DNA from: Leptolyngbya sp. BL-A-14
GTDB taxonomy: Bacteria; Cyanobacteriota; Cyanobacteriia; Leptolyngbyales; Leptolyngbyaceae
NCBI GenBank assembly: GCA_041937185.1
Contig: CP166621.1
Coordinates: forward strand, 2,132,571-2,196,570
Reading direction: 5' to 3'
DNA: 64,000 bases
The notes below the pieces were generated by a model. The model was not told the origin of the DNA and did no database searches. It saw nothing but the letters and a program-made list of their open reading frames with translations. Shown here piece by piece: positions 39,103 to 49,916 of this stretch. The translations under genes and the position numbers were made by a program. Each line of letters opens with the position of its first letter. Position 1 is the first letter of the stretch.

Positions 39103-39651
39103 TTGATGAACGTTTTGCCTACTGAAATACCCGATGTCATGGTTTTTGAACCGCGCATCTTTCAAGACGATCGCGGCTTCTTTTTTGAAAGCTTTAATGA
39201 ACGTGTCTTTACTGAAAAAACGGGTGCCCATGTTCAATTTGTACAAGATAACCACTCACGCTCGTGTCAAAACGTCTTGCGGGGGTTGCACTATCAGATT
39301 CAGCAGCCTCAAGGCAAACTAGTGCGAGCTGTCGTGGGCACTATATTGGATGTAGCTGTTGATTTACGCCAACACTCACCAACCTTTGGGCAGTGGGTGA
39401 GCCGCCTTCTGACCGCCGAGAACAAGCACATGCTTTGGATTCCTGCCGGGTTTGCTCATGGCTTTGTCGTGCTCTCAGAGGTAGCCGAAGTACTCTACAA
39501 GGCTACAGACTACTATGCACCCCAGTATGAGCGCAGCGTTCTTTGGAATGATCCTGATTTAGCGATCGACTGGTCTTTAACAGCAGAACCTATCCTGTCA
39601 GCCAAGGATCAAGCTGGCAAGCCACTTAAACTGGCCGAAGTCTATCCCTAA
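39103..39651 (+). CDS. rfbC: dTDP-4-dehydrorhamnose 3,5-epimerase
   Basis: 182 aa. The cupin motifs RGLHYQ and VDLRQHSPTFGQW, with a conserved His, are typical of RmlC. Confidence 0.85.
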   Translation: MMNVLPTEIPDVMVFEPRIFQDDRGFFFESFNERVFTEKTGAHVQFVQDNHSRSCQNVLRGLHYQIQQPQGKLVRAVVGTILDVAVDLRQHSPTFGQWVSRLLTAENKHMLWIPAGFAHGFVVLSEVAEVLYKATDYYAPQYERSVLWNDPDLAIDWSLTAEPILSAKDQAGKPLKLAEVYP

Positions 39652-39681
39652 ACCCCAACGTACTTCCAAGAGACCCATTTT

Positions 39682-40755
39682 ATGAAAGCAATTATTCTTA
39701 GCGGCGGTAAAGGCACTCGGCTACGACCGTTGACCTACACAGGCGCTAAACAGTTAGTACCTGTAGCAAACAAACCGATTCTCTGGTACGGCATTGAAGC
39801 CATCGTGGCAACAGGCATTACAGACATTGGCATTATTATCAGCCCTGAGACAGGCGAAGAGGTAAAGGCAAAAACAGGTGATGGCGAACAATTTGGTGCC
39901 AGAATTACCTACATTTTGCAGGAGCAACCTGCTGGACTAGCCCACGCAGTCAAGATTGCTCGTCCGTTCCTGGGCGACTCGCCGTTTGTCATGTATCTGG
40001 GCGATAACCTGATTCAAAACGAGTTGAGTGGGTTCTTGAATCACTTCAAGGATCAGCAAATGGATGCGCTTATTATGCTGCGCCCTGTTGCAAACCCAAC
40101 GGCATTTGGGGTGGCTCAAGTTGATGAGCAAGGACGAGTCATCCATCTCGTCGAAAAGCCCAAAGTGCCACCGTCTAATTTAGCGCTGGTTGGTATCTAC
40201 TTTTTCGCCAATACAATTCATGAGTCGATCGATCGCATCAAGCCCTCTGCAAGAGGTGAACTCGAAATCACCGATGCCATCCAGAATTTGATTGATCAGA
40301 AAAAGCATGTGGAGGCGCGCCAGATCGAAGGCTGGTGGCTTGATACTGGGAAAAAGGATGACTTGCTCGAAGCCAATCAGATTATCTTAGATACATGCCT
40401 TACACCAGACCTGTGCGGTGAACTGGATGCTCAAACCCAGATCTCTGGCAGGGTACAGATTGGTAAAGGTTCTAAACTAATCAACTGTACTATCCGTGGC
40501 CCTGTGACAATTGGCAAAGATTGCCACCTGGAAAACTGTTTCGTCGGCCCTTACAGTAGTATTGCAGATCAAGTGACGCTCATTGACGCAGATCTAGAAC
40601 ACAGTGTGATTCTTCAAGGTGCACGCATTATAGGCATTCATCAGCGAATTGTAGATAGTGTGATTGGGCAACGCGCCCATCTCAAAACAGCACCGCAACG
40701 CCCTAAAGCACTGCGCTTTATGGTCGGTGATGACTGTCAGATTGAGTTAGCATAG
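39682..40755 (+). CDS. rfbA: Glucose-1-phosphate thymidylyltransferase (long form with C-terminal LbH domain)
   Basis: 357 aa. The N-terminus MKAIILSGGKGTRLRPLTYTGAKQLVPVANKPILWY is an RmlA signature. Confidence 0.8.
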   Translation: MKAIILSGGKGTRLRPLTYTGAKQLVPVANKPILWYGIEAIVATGITDIGIIISPETGEEVKAKTGDGEQFGARITYILQEQPAGLAHAVKIARPFLGDSPFVMYLGDNLIQNELSGFLNHFKDQQMDALIMLRPVANPTAFGVAQVDEQGRVIHLVEKPKVPPSNLALVGIYFFANTIHESIDRIKPSARGELEITDAIQNLIDQKKHVEARQIEGWWLDTGKKDDLLEANQIILDTCLTPDLCGELDAQTQISGRVQIGKGSKLINCTIRGPVTIGKDCHLENCFVGPYSSIADQVTLIDADLEHSVILQGARIIGIHQRIVDSVIGQRAHLKTAPQRPKALRFMVGDDCQIELA

Positions 40756-40944
40756 CAACACATCAGACACCCTCTCTTTGCAATCTGTAAAACGCTTCTC
40801 AATCGATATAAACGCGACTCTACTTCACCCCCATTGCTCAAACCATCTGTTTCAAGCACTTACAAGTAGAAGTCGTTTGTCCGAGCAACATGTTGTAGAT
40901 CTGCTTAAGCCAATGGGTGTATTACCAGCATTAAAAAGTTTGCT

Positions 40945-42333
40945 ATGACTAGTGATAAACCCCGTGTGCTGATTGTGGCAGAACATGCCTCGGCAAAATT
41001 TGGTGGTGAGGCCGCGTTGCCGCTTCACTACTTTCGAGTTCTGCGTAAACGTCAAATTGAAGTCTGGTTAGTGGTGCACGAGCGCACGCGAGACGAGCTG
41101 AAACTGCATTTGGGAAAGGATTTCGATCGCATCTATTTCGTCTCCGATACTTTCCTGCACTGGCTGTTATGGAAAATCGGTCGTCTCATGCCTCTGCGGC
41201 TGGCCTACGTTACCGTTGGGTTTGCTTCACGGCTCATGACGCAAGTTGCACAGCGCGCCCTTGTAAAAAAAGTAGTGCAGCGCCACCAGATTACTGTCGT
41301 CCACCAGCCAACGCCTGTTTCGCCTAAAGAGCCATCGCTCATTTTTGACGTCGGTGCTCCTGTTATTATTGGTCCCATGAATGGCGGCATGGACTATCCA
41401 ACCCCCTTTCAGTACATGCAAAGCCGCTTTGTTCATCTAACGCTTGAAGCTGGGCGTTTGGTGGCTAACTGCTTGAATTATTTGCTGCCAGGCAAGCGTC
41501 GAGCAGCAGCCTTGCTGGTGGCGAACGAACGAACTCGAGCGGCATTGCCCAAAGGAGCCTGTGCCTGTGTGATTGAGCTGTATGAGAATGGCATTGACCT
41601 ATCACTGTGGGAACAGAAGCTTAAACGTCGCGACGCTGCTTCTACAGGATCGAGCTCAGACATAACGGTTCAGCGCACTAAGTTTGTTTTTGTGGGTCGG
41701 CTCGTCCACTGGAAAGCGGTTAATCTTTTACTACAAGCGTTTGAGCGCGTTGCCCAAACATTACCTGTGGAGCTAGAAATTATTGGCGACGGGCCGGAAT
41801 ATGCTCGCTTAAGAGAGCAAGCAATCGCCTTGGGCTTATTGCACTCAGATACTTTCCAAGCGGGTAATCAGGTAACCCCAAAACAGGCGCAAAGCAGCAG
41901 TTCAGTGACCTTTCTAGGGTGGCTGTCCCAAACGGAGTGCGCCCAGCGCTTGCAACAGTCGGATGTCATGGTACTGCCAAGCATGCTCGAGTGCGGTGGC
42001 GCAGTTGTTTTAGAGTCAATGGCGATGGGAGTTCCAGTCATTGCGACGAATTGGGGTGGGCCTTCAGAGTATTTGAACGATTCCTGCGGCATTTTAGTTG
42101 AACCACGATCGCAGGAATTGTTTGTCGATGATCTCGCGTTAGCCATGATTCGGATGGCAACATCTCCAGCCCTGCGTCAAGCGATGGGTCGAATGGGCTA
42201 CTACCGCGCAGTGAGTCAGTTTGATTGGGACGTTAAAGCCGACATCATTCTAGAAATTTATCGACGTGTCCTAGATGCGTCCTTGGCTTCACGACCGCTG
42301 ATCATGCCGGATAGCGCTGTTAGCAAGGTGTGA
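40945..42333 (+). CDS. Glycosyltransferase family 4 (GT-B)
   Basis: 462 aa. The C-terminal EcGGAVVLESMAMGVPVIATNWGGPSEY matches the GT4 E-x7-E region. Confidence 0.75.
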   Translation: MTSDKPRVLIVAEHASAKFGGEAALPLHYFRVLRKRQIEVWLVVHERTRDELKLHLGKDFDRIYFVSDTFLHWLLWKIGRLMPLRLAYVTVGFASRLMTQVAQRALVKKVVQRHQITVVHQPTPVSPKEPSLIFDVGAPVIIGPMNGGMDYPTPFQYMQSRFVHLTLEAGRLVANCLNYLLPGKRRAAALLVANERTRAALPKGACACVIELYENGIDLSLWEQKLKRRDAASTGSSSDITVQRTKFVFVGRLVHWKAVNLLLQAFERVAQTLPVELEIIGDGPEYARLREQAIALGLLHSDTFQAGNQVTPKQAQSSSSVTFLGWLSQTECAQRLQQSDVMVLPSMLECGGAVVLESMAMGVPVIATNWGGPSEYLNDSCGILVEPRSQELFVDDLALAMIRMATSPALRQAMGRMGYYRAVSQFDWDVKADIILEIYRRVLDASLASRPLIMPDSAVSKV

Positions 42334-42463
42334 AGTGTAGAAGCAAAGACAACCTACTTACATTGAGCTGCTATTAAGATTGCCTCTAGCAGTCTATTAG
42401 GGATGCTTGGCCGCTCTAGATTGTAAACATCCCAGCTTGAATTAATGTGAATCCTTAAAACTT

Positions 42464-43567
42464 ATGACACGTATAGAACAAGAACAACCTTCATCCAGAA
42501 CCCCACGCACTATTTTAATTACCGGAGGGGCAGGCTTCATCGGCGCTAATTTTGTGCATCACTGGTGTGCAAACTATCCAGGCGATCGGGTGGTCGTGCT
42601 GGATGCCCTCACCTATGCAGGTAACCGCAAAACGCTAGCGGCTCAGGAAGAACAAGCGAATTTGCGCTTTGTGCATGGCGATATTTGCGATCGAGCGCTG
42701 GTAGACACATTGCTTCAGGAAGAGTCCATTGATACGATCGCGCACTTTGCAGCCGAATCCCACGTCGATCGCTCCATTCTGGGCCCCGATGCCTTCGTGC
42801 GGACAAACATTAACGGCACGTTCACCTTACTTGAAGCCTTTCGGCAGTATTGGAACGCTCAGCAACAGCCAACCCACTTCCGCTTTCACCATGTTTCAAC
42901 CGATGAAGTGTACGGGAGCTTGGGCGCAGACGATCCAGCCTTTTCTGAAACAACGCCCTACGCACCCAACAGTCCCTATTCAGCGTCGAAGGCAGGCAGT
43001 GATCACTTAGTGCGTGCCTATTACCATACCTACGGTCTGCCAACGCTCATTACTAATTGCTCCAATAACTACGGTCCCTACCACTTCCCCGAAAAGCTGA
43101 TCCCATTGATGTGCATCAACATCTTGATGGGTAAGCCACTACCTGTATACGGCGATGGGCAGAACATTCGCGATTGGTTATATGTGGGGGACCATTGCAG
43201 CGCATTAGATGTGGTCATTCATCGCGGCACTCCGGGCGAAACGTATAACATCGGCGGCAACAACGAAGTCAAGAATCTTGATCTTGTCCACATGCTGTGT
43301 GCGCTCATGGATGAACTTGCACCTGAGTTACCCGTGCGCCCGTCCAGCAATCTCATTACGTTTGTGAAAGACCGTGCAGGTCACGATCGTCGCTATGCCA
43401 TCAATGCGACCAAGCTAAAAACAGAACTAGGCTGGACACCCGCGCAAACGATCGAAACCGGCTTGCGGCAAACCGTTGAGTGGTATCTATCCAACCGCGA
43501 TTGGTGGCAACCCCTACTCTCTGAGGAGTATCAGTCTTACTACGCCAAGGTTTACACCAGCGTTTAG
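42464..43567 (+). CDS. rfbB: dTDP-glucose 4,6-dehydratase
   Basis: 367 aa with the SDR-extended motifs [26 protein letters not shown] (YxxxK) and STDEVYG. Confidence 0.9.
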   Translation: MTRIEQEQPSSRTPRTILITGGAGFIGANFVHHWCANYPGDRVVVLDALTYAGNRKTLAAQEEQANLRFVHGDICDRALVDTLLQEESIDTIAHFAAESHVDRSILGPDAFVRTNINGTFTLLEAFRQYWNAQQQPTHFRFHHVSTDEVYGSLGADDPAFSETTPYAPNSPYSASKAGSDHLVRAYYHTYGLPTLITNCSNNYGPYHFPEKLIPLMCINILMGKPLPVYGDGQNIRDWLYVGDHCSALDVVIHRGTPGETYNIGGNNEVKNLDLVHMLCALMDELAPELPVRPSSNLITFVKDRAGHDRRYAINATKLKTELGWTPAQTIETGLRQTVEWYLSNRDWWQPLLSEEYQSYYAKVYTSV

Positions 43568-43602
43568 GAGAGCCCGAAACATTTCAGACGTAGGGACAGC
43601 AT

Positions 43603-43636
43603 CCTGAAGGGATCATTCATGGAATACCCCTTCAGG
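43603..43636. terminator. Candidate terminator hairpin (CCTGAAGGG - 16 nt - CCCTTCAGG) downstream of rfbB, between convergent genes
   Basis: Perfect 9-bp inverted repeat read directly from the sequence. No U-tract follows, so its function is uncertain. Confidence 0.3.
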
Positions 43637-43756
43637 ACAGAAAGCTATTGGCAGAAATTTATTACAAGCCTCCAGCCCCTACCAAAGCTCAAACTTATTT
43701 AATTTCCATTCTCAGGATAGAAATCTCTTTGATGTCTGGTTTTTTGTACCTGACCT

Positions 43757-44677
43757 TTATTGAGACGCCTTGGCGCGGTTTACGATCCGCAATCGTTGCG
43801 TAATCATCGTCATGCCGTCATGGCGAACCAGAACGGCTGAAATCCAGCGGTTGTCGGCTGTTAGGGGCGCGCGACCTACTTTGAAGATGCCGCCAGCAGA
43901 CAGCAGTTCCAGATCAACGGTCGTAGGAGTGACGAAGCCGTCTGCTTTAACCGGTTCTTCAAGCGCTGTACCCAGCAACAGGTCATTCCCTAAAGGTTCC
44001 TGAACAACGGCATCAAAGCTAAATTCCTGTCCGGCTGTCACCTGTTCTGGCAGGGTTAGTTTCACGTTTGGGGGATTGGTGCCAGAGGTGATTTGGCTGC
44101 GTTCGGCGAGAATACTTTGACGCACAATTTTTTGATTCTCAAACTGCTGCTGTGCTTGTAAGGTGGAGTCGATCTTGAGTTCGCGATCGCCCACCTTTTG
44201 GGTACCCGTAACGTGGGTAACGGTTTCGGTTGTGATGCCGTTGCCTTCCGCCTTCCAACTTTTGAGCGACGTTTGGTAGGTCAAATTGGGATAGCGCTGC
44301 CAGAGCTTGGTCAGGGCTTGCTCCAGCGTTTGGCGCGTCAAGCCATCTGAGTGCGTGAAGTTGGTGCTGTAGAACGCCATTACCGCCTGAACATTATGAC
44401 TGCTGGCCGCCTTGTCGATCGCAGCCAGAGTCTCTTTAAGGGGAGCAGGCGCTGATTCGGGTGGCTCTGCACTCGCTCGACTGGCATGCAGGCTGCTGCT
44501 CACCGCGATCGCCAAACCTAGCGCCATAAGAAACGTCTGCCAACGTCCCTGCTTTGCCTGGTTGTGACGTGAAGCGAGTTGAGGCAGAGCGGAGAGAGAA
44601 TACAAGCGCTTAGGCATAGGAATAGCAATTGGATGAGTGGACAGCAGCAATTTGAAGTACAATCTGCAACTTAGCAT
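43757..44677 (-). CDS. Hypothetical secreted protein (N-terminal NTF2/SnoaL-like region suspected)
   Basis: 306 aa with a signal-like segment FLMALGLAIAVSSSLHA. No catalytic motif was recognised. Confidence 0.4.
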   Translation of the reverse strand: MLSCRLYFKLLLSTHPIAIPMPKRLYSLSALPQLASRHNQAKQGRWQTFLMALGLAIAVSSSLHASRASAEPPESAPAPLKETLAAIDKAASSHNVQAVMAFYSTNFTHSDGLTRQTLEQALTKLWQRYPNLTYQTSLKSWKAEGNGITTETVTHVTGTQKVGDRELKIDSTLQAQQQFENQKIVRQSILAERSQITSGTNPPNVKLTLPEQVTAGQEFSFDAVVQEPLGNDLLLGTALEEPVKADGFVTPTTVDLELLSAGGIFKVGRAPLTADNRWISAVLVRHDGMTMITQRLRIVNRAKASQ

Positions 44678-44782
44678 CCCAAACTTAACATCCCAAACTG
44701 ATATATCCCAGGCGGATTATAAGTAAACCGTCAGAGGATGAATTGAGGGGGACACTATTGAGATGCGAATGACGAGTGCCGT

Positions 44783-45946
44783 ATGGTCGAGACAATTGTG
44801 AACGATTCTCCTGATTCTACTCTGCCAGCAAACGCCAAAGCTGTAGTAGCCAAAACTTCTCCAAAGCGGTTATTGCTTGCTGCAAGCGGTACAGGCGGGC
44901 ACGTTTTTCCCGCGATCGCGGTGGCTGAGCAACTTTCAGACGGTCAGACGGATTATCAGATTGAGTGGTTGGGGGTCCCTGATCGGCTAGAAACTCAGTT
45001 AGTGCCCGATCGCTACCCTCTCCATACCATTACCGCTGAAGGCTTTCAGAAACGAGGTTTCGATAGTCTGCGTGTTGCCTTCAAGCTCATCGCCTCGATT
45101 TGGCAGGCGCGACGGTTATTACAAGCCGGTCGCTTTCAGGGGGTGTTTACTACGGGAGGCTATATTGCGGCTCCAGCGGTACTAGCAGCACGATCGCTCG
45201 GTCTACCCGTAATTTTGCATGAATCCAATGCATTGCCAGGGAAAGTGACTCGCTTTTTGGGTCCGTGGTGTAGCGTCGTTGCCCTGGGTTTCGAGGTAGC
45301 AGCAGCGTACCTTCCTCGCACTAAAACGGTGTGTACCGGAACGCCCGTGCGATCGCAGTTTCAAACAACCGTGCCCTCCGCTTTACCTGACCTGGACATT
45401 CCAGCAGAGGCACCTTTAGTTGTCGTCGTCGGTGGTAGCCAGGGTGCTGTGGGGGTTAATCAGTTGGTGCGTCAGTGTGCGCCTGCCTGGTTGGATGCTG
45501 GCATCTGGATTGTGCATTTGACGGGAGAAAATGACCCTGATGCCAAAACGCTACAGCATCCTCAGTACATTGTTTTGCCGTTCTACAACCACATGGCAGG
45601 TTTGTTGCAACGAGCCGATCTAGCCATTAGTCGATCGGGCGCTGGCACGCTCACAGAATTAGCCATCACCCATACCCCGTCCATTCTCATTCCCTACCCC
45701 TACGCGGCTGAAGACCATCAAACGTACAACGCATCAGTGTTTGTTAAAGCAGGGGCCGCAAAACTGTTTCAGCAGGCTGACCTTACACCAGCCATTTTGC
45801 AGGCTGAAGTCTTACAACTGCTGGGAGGCAAAGACGCACATTTTCAACCATCGGACGAGCTAAAACAAATGGTGCAACAGACAGCTAGCTTGGCTGAGCC
45901 ACATAGTGCTGAGCAGTTGGCAAAACTGGTTCGTCAATGGGTCTAG
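44783..45946 (+). CDS. murG: UDP-N-acetylglucosamine--N-acetylmuramyl-(pentapeptide) pyrophosphoryl-undecaprenol N-acetylglucosamine transferase
   Basis: 387 aa. LLLAASGTGGHVFPAIAVAEQL is the MurG G-loop 1. GT28 C-terminal domain. Confidence 0.85.
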   Translation: MVETIVNDSPDSTLPANAKAVVAKTSPKRLLLAASGTGGHVFPAIAVAEQLSDGQTDYQIEWLGVPDRLETQLVPDRYPLHTITAEGFQKRGFDSLRVAFKLIASIWQARRLLQAGRFQGVFTTGGYIAAPAVLAARSLGLPVILHESNALPGKVTRFLGPWCSVVALGFEVAAAYLPRTKTVCTGTPVRSQFQTTVPSALPDLDIPAEAPLVVVVGGSQGAVGVNQLVRQCAPAWLDAGIWIVHLTGENDPDAKTLQHPQYIVLPFYNHMAGLLQRADLAISRSGAGTLTELAITHTPSILIPYPYAAEDHQTYNASVFVKAGAAKLFQQADLTPAILQAEVLQLLGGKDAHFQPSDELKQMVQQTASLAEPHSAEQLAKLVRQWV

Positions 45947-46124
45947 GTGTTGAGGCCGCTATTGAGTGAGTAAGCCGTAGACCTGTGGATAAGGGGATGG
46001 GGGTTGGGTGGTAGGGGTTGGGGGTTGGGTGATAGTAGATGTAAATGTATGGACAGACAGGTAACGTCCCGACAAAATGTGAACCAATCGAAATTCGAAC
46101 CAATCGAGTTGATTGCTATGCTCC

Positions 46125-46721
46125 CTAATCAACAACTTGACTGCCATGACTACGAGGATCACTACTAGCAGCAGATGGGGTTGACACCGGTGCAGAAAAG
46201 GCAGAAGTCTGTCCACTGGCTTGGGCGTAAGGAAGCGGCTCGCCAGACGTAAGGGCTACGAGGTTTGCTTCCATAATTGAGTGCGGTTGCTCCCCAATTG
46301 CCTGAGCGATCGCCGCTCCATCTTGCCCCAGAAACACGAAATGGGGAATACCATCTACCCGATACGACAGTACTTCAGGCAACCACTTGCTGTTGTCCAC
46401 ATTCAGCATGACAAAGTTCACCCGATCGCCATACTGCTGCTTAAGCGCCTCGACATCCGGTGCCATTGTTTGACAGCTCGTACACCAATTTGCGTAAAAC
46501 TCGACCAGCGAAGGCTTGCCGTTGCTCAACGCAACTTCCAGCGGCACAGCCTCTTCTGCCATCGCCGACAGTAACCCTGACCCCGTTTCAGTCTTTAGTC
46601 CCAGGAACACAGAAGCCGCAAGCACGATCGCCACCATCACGATGATGAAATTTCGGACTCGTTTACCCATCGTTGCTTGATCATCCGAAGGCAAGTTCGT
46701 TGGGTCTGGAGAAGCAGTCAT
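46125..46721 (-). CDS. Membrane-anchored thioredoxin-like protein (TxlA/TlpA-like thiol:disulfide oxidoreductase)
   Basis: 198 aa with one transmembrane helix (FIIVMVAIVLAASVFLGL) and a WCTSCQ CxxC active site in a thioredoxin fold (LVEFYANWCTSCQ). Confidence 0.7.
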   Translation of the reverse strand: MTASPDPTNLPSDDQATMGKRVRNFIIVMVAIVLAASVFLGLKTETGSGLLSAMAEEAVPLEVALSNGKPSLVEFYANWCTSCQTMAPDVEALKQQYGDRVNFVMLNVDNSKWLPEVLSYRVDGIPHFVFLGQDGAAIAQAIGEQPHSIMEANLVALTSGEPLPYAQASGQTSAFSAPVSTPSAASSDPRSHGSQVVD

Positions 46722-46969
46722 AAGTTAAAGGGTTTACAGCAATGGGCAGAACACTCTCTATTGTAGCGATCGCTGCTTTGACTTGAGCCATTGAAGAGAG
46801 CGATTAGAGGGCAGGGGGCAGAGGGATGAAGGCAGAGGGCAGGAGGCAGAAGAGGCATTGGTTTTTGGTTGTTAGTTGTTAGAAGGAGAGAAAAGGCAGC
46901 GCTTGTTCCAGAGCTAAAAACTAAAAACCAACCACTAAAAACTGATCAACTCAAAACTCGAAACTCAAA

Positions 46970-47008
46970 ACTCTCTAGCGAAGCGGCGCAACGCGCTACT
47001 CAAAACTC
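46970..47008 (+). repeat. Copy 3 (variant) of the 39-bp dispersed repeat, ~80 bp upstream of argB
   Basis: ACTCTCTAGCGAAGCGGCGCAACGCGCTACTCAAAACTC, with 5 substitutions in the central stem relative to copy 1 and preceded by ACTCAAA/ACTAAAA heptamers. Confidence 0.75.
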
Positions 47009-47090
47009 CCAAAACAACCGCTTGATTGTTAGATTCTCCAGATTGTTGCAATTGACATAGCCGAAAGCGCTAAGCTCCTTTACACTGCAT

Positions 47091-48008
47091 ATGATTTGTT
47101 TTGACACTGCTGCCATGACTAATGAGAGTGAATACATCCGCAAAGCGGAAGCTACCAGAGTCCGCGTCTTAAGCGAAGCGCTGCCCTACATTCAGCAGTT
47201 TGCTGGTAGAACGGTGGTCGTCAAGTATGGTGGGGCCGCGATGAAAGACAGCGGATTGAAGGACAAAGTAATTCGCGATGTGGTCTTCATGGCGTGCGTG
47301 GGGCTACGCCCGATCGTGGTGCATGGCGGTGGACCTGAAATCAACACCTGGCTGACCAAATTGGGGATTGAACCCCAGTTCAAAAACGGGCTGCGAGTCA
47401 CCGACGCCGCCACAATGGACGTTGTGGAAATGGTGCTGGTGGGTCGAGTAAATAAAGAACTGGTGGCGCTTATTAACCAGGCAGGCGGTTCGGCGGTTGG
47501 GCTGTGCGGTATGGACGCCAACTTGATCAAAGCCCGTCCTGTGGATGCGGTGGATGTTGGCTTTGTGGGGGAAGTTACCAGCGTTGACACCCGGATTCTC
47601 GAATCGCTGGTCAAAGATGGGCATATCCCCGTAGTTTCGAGTGTGGCAGCCGATGAGACGGGGCAGACTTACAACATCAATGCGGACACGGTAGCCGGGG
47701 AGATTGCGGCGGCGTTAGGTGCAGAGAAAATGATTCTGTTGACCGATACAGCAGGCATTCTGCGCGATTACAAAGATATGTCTACCCTCATTCCCAAAGT
47801 GGATATTCAGGAAGCGCGAAAGCTCATTGATGATGGCATCGTGTCCGGCGGCATGATTCCGAAAGTGACGTGCTGTGTACGATCGCTCGCTCAAGGGGTT
47901 CGTGCTGCCCACATTATTGATGGACGCATTCCCCACGCGCTGCTACTCGAAATTTTTACCGATGCCGGGATTGGCTCCATGATTGTGGCATCAGAGTTTA
48001 TGGGGTGA
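47091..48008 (+). CDS. argB: Acetylglutamate kinase
   Basis: 305 aa with amino-acid-kinase motifs ([10 protein letters not shown]..., [10 protein letters not shown]). The true start may be the internal M at 47115 (MTNESEY). Confidence 0.9.
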   Translation: MICFDTAAMTNESEYIRKAEATRVRVLSEALPYIQQFAGRTVVVKYGGAAMKDSGLKDKVIRDVVFMACVGLRPIVVHGGGPEINTWLTKLGIEPQFKNGLRVTDAATMDVVEMVLVGRVNKELVALINQAGGSAVGLCGMDANLIKARPVDAVDVGFVGEVTSVDTRILESLVKDGHIPVVSSVAADETGQTYNINADTVAGEIAAALGAEKMILLTDTAGILRDYKDMSTLIPKVDIQEARKLIDDGIVSGGMIPKVTCCVRSLAQGVRAAHIIDGRIPHALLLEIFTDAGIGSMIVASEFMG

Positions 48009-48220
48009 GGTGAGGAAAAGCTAAGGGCTGTAGCTTGCTTCCCGTGGGCAAAGCCTGCCGAAGGCATAGGGTAGGCTAAAAGCTAAAAAGAAGAACCGGA
48101 GATACAACGCCGTGACTACAAAAGACATCACTCACTGAGGTGGGTTGAAACGCGCTTCGTGTAGCTTAAGATAAAGCAACGTTTATTTTTAATCAGAATT
48201 TATCCTTTCGCCCTTAGCTT

Positions 48221-49258
48221 TTGCCATCCCTACGTATGCCCAACTATGCCGATTTGACAACTGCGATCATGGCTCAAGCAAAAGCCCGCGAGGATGCACT
48301 GCCCGTTCGGAATGAGTCCTGCCGCTCTAAGTTTCTCTTTCACGACGCGCCAACCCAAAAGGTCTGCCTCTTTTTTCATGGGTTCACAGCTTATCCAGAT
48401 CAGTTTTTACCGCTAGGCAAAGCGCTGTTTCAGCAGGGATACAATGTGCTCATTCCGCTGATGCCAGGGCATGGCAAGGCGGGCAAATGGACGCGCGATA
48501 ACCCAACTCCGTTGCCAACCGATCCAAAGGTGTATCAAGATTTTGCGCTGCAATGGATTCAGCAAGCAAAGGCCTTTGGGCAGCAGGTGGTCATCGGTGG
48601 CTTATCGGGTGGCGGCACGTTGGCGGCATGGGTCGCGCTTAATCATCGTGAGTTAATCGATCGCGCCCTGATCTTTGCGCCTTACCTCAGCGGCGACATC
48701 ATTATTGACAAATTATTTATCAAACTGTCCAATTCTTACTACTCCTGGGGCGCTGATGAAGATCGCGCGATCGGCTACACCAGCTTTCAGGTGCCAGCAT
48801 TACGGCTGTTTATGGATATGGGCGGTCAACTCCTGAAGCAAGCCCGAACCACACCCGCCGCGCCTATGTTCCTTTTCTCAACCGAAATTGACGATTCGGT
48901 GGATACCAACGATCACAAAGCCTTTTTTGCCGATGCACTTCAGTTCCAGCCGAAATGTTGGTATCACTGCTTCGATCGCTCCTACAAAGTCCCTCACACG
49001 ATGATGACTGTCGCAGAAGGCAACCAGTCGGCAGAACTCCTCTATTTGATGGCGAAGGCTTACGTTGAAAGCGACCTCACTTGGGCAGAAGTCGAGGAAA
49101 TTGGGTTTCGCATGACTCAGGGCAAAACCTTCCCAAGCATTGTCGCAGAGATGGGTATCAGCGATCGTGCGGGTCCCGATATGCCTGCCATGATGACGAT
49201 GGTAGACAAAGCGGCGATCGTTCAAGCCCGTAACCCGTCCGCTGTAGAAGATGATTGA
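48221..49258 (+). CDS. Alpha/beta hydrolase fold protein
   Basis: 345 aa with HGF at the N-terminus (CLFFHGFTAY) and a GxSxG nucleophile elbow (GGLSGGG). Confidence 0.6.
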   Translation: MPSLRMPNYADLTTAIMAQAKAREDALPVRNESCRSKFLFHDAPTQKVCLFFHGFTAYPDQFLPLGKALFQQGYNVLIPLMPGHGKAGKWTRDNPTPLPTDPKVYQDFALQWIQQAKAFGQQVVIGGLSGGGTLAAWVALNHRELIDRALIFAPYLSGDIIIDKLFIKLSNSYYSWGADEDRAIGYTSFQVPALRLFMDMGGQLLKQARTTPAAPMFLFSTEIDDSVDTNDHKAFFADALQFQPKCWYHCFDRSYKVPHTMMTVAEGNQSAELLYLMAKAYVESDLTWAEVEEIGFRMTQGKTFPSIVAEMGISDRAGPDMPAMMTMVDKAAIVQARNPSAVEDD

Positions 49259-49353
49259 GCCTGTTGTCAGGGATAACCGTAGCGGTTCTGAAGGCGTTTA
49301 GCCGACTTATAGAGACGTTACATATAACGTCACTACGAATCTGTGGCGTATCC

Positions 49354-49758
49354 TCATAAATTTGTTGAAATCGCTTGTACAGGACAAGTGGGAATACACT
49401 GTTCGCAAACGATACAGCGCGATCGCGTGAAGGTGAGTTTAAACGATTCTGGATCAAGCTTCAGCGCTTCAGTGGGACACACACCCGTACAAAGCCCACA
49501 ATGTACGCAAGTGTCTTCGTCAATCATGATTTCACGATTGGAAAGCGATACACCGATATCTTGCGATCGCATCCAGTCGATCGCGGCATCCAGTTCGTCA
49601 ATGTCGCCAGACAACTCGACAACCAGCTTACCCACCTGATTTGGGGCAACCTGAGCGCGAATGATATTTGCCGCCACATTGAAATCTTTTGCCAATCGAT
49701 AGGTGACTGGCATTTGTACCGATCGCTTCGGAAAGGTGAGCGTAACCCGCTTTTTCAC
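49354..49758 (-). CDS. NIL-domain protein fused to a 2x[4Fe-4S] ferredoxin
   Basis: 134 aa. The N-terminal NIL-like domain is followed by CVHCGLCTGVCP and CIVCEQCIPTCP cluster motifs. Confidence 0.7.
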   Translation of the reverse strand: MKKRVTLTFPKRSVQMPVTYRLAKDFNVAANIIRAQVAPNQVGKLVVELSGDIDELDAAIDWMRSQDIGVSLSNREIMIDEDTCVHCGLCTGVCPTEALKLDPESFKLTFTRSRCIVCEQCIPTCPVQAISTNL

Positions 49759-49916
49759 ACGCTTAGAAGTAAAGTGACTCTATCTTAGCGAGCCTCAGCG
49801 AAAGACAGCAGAGTAGAGTTTTGAGTTAAGAATTCAGGAACCAGGAGTCAGGAGCCAGCTTTTTAGCCTTGAGCCTTTGCCCTACTCCCCACTCCCTACT
49901 CCCCACTCCCTACTTC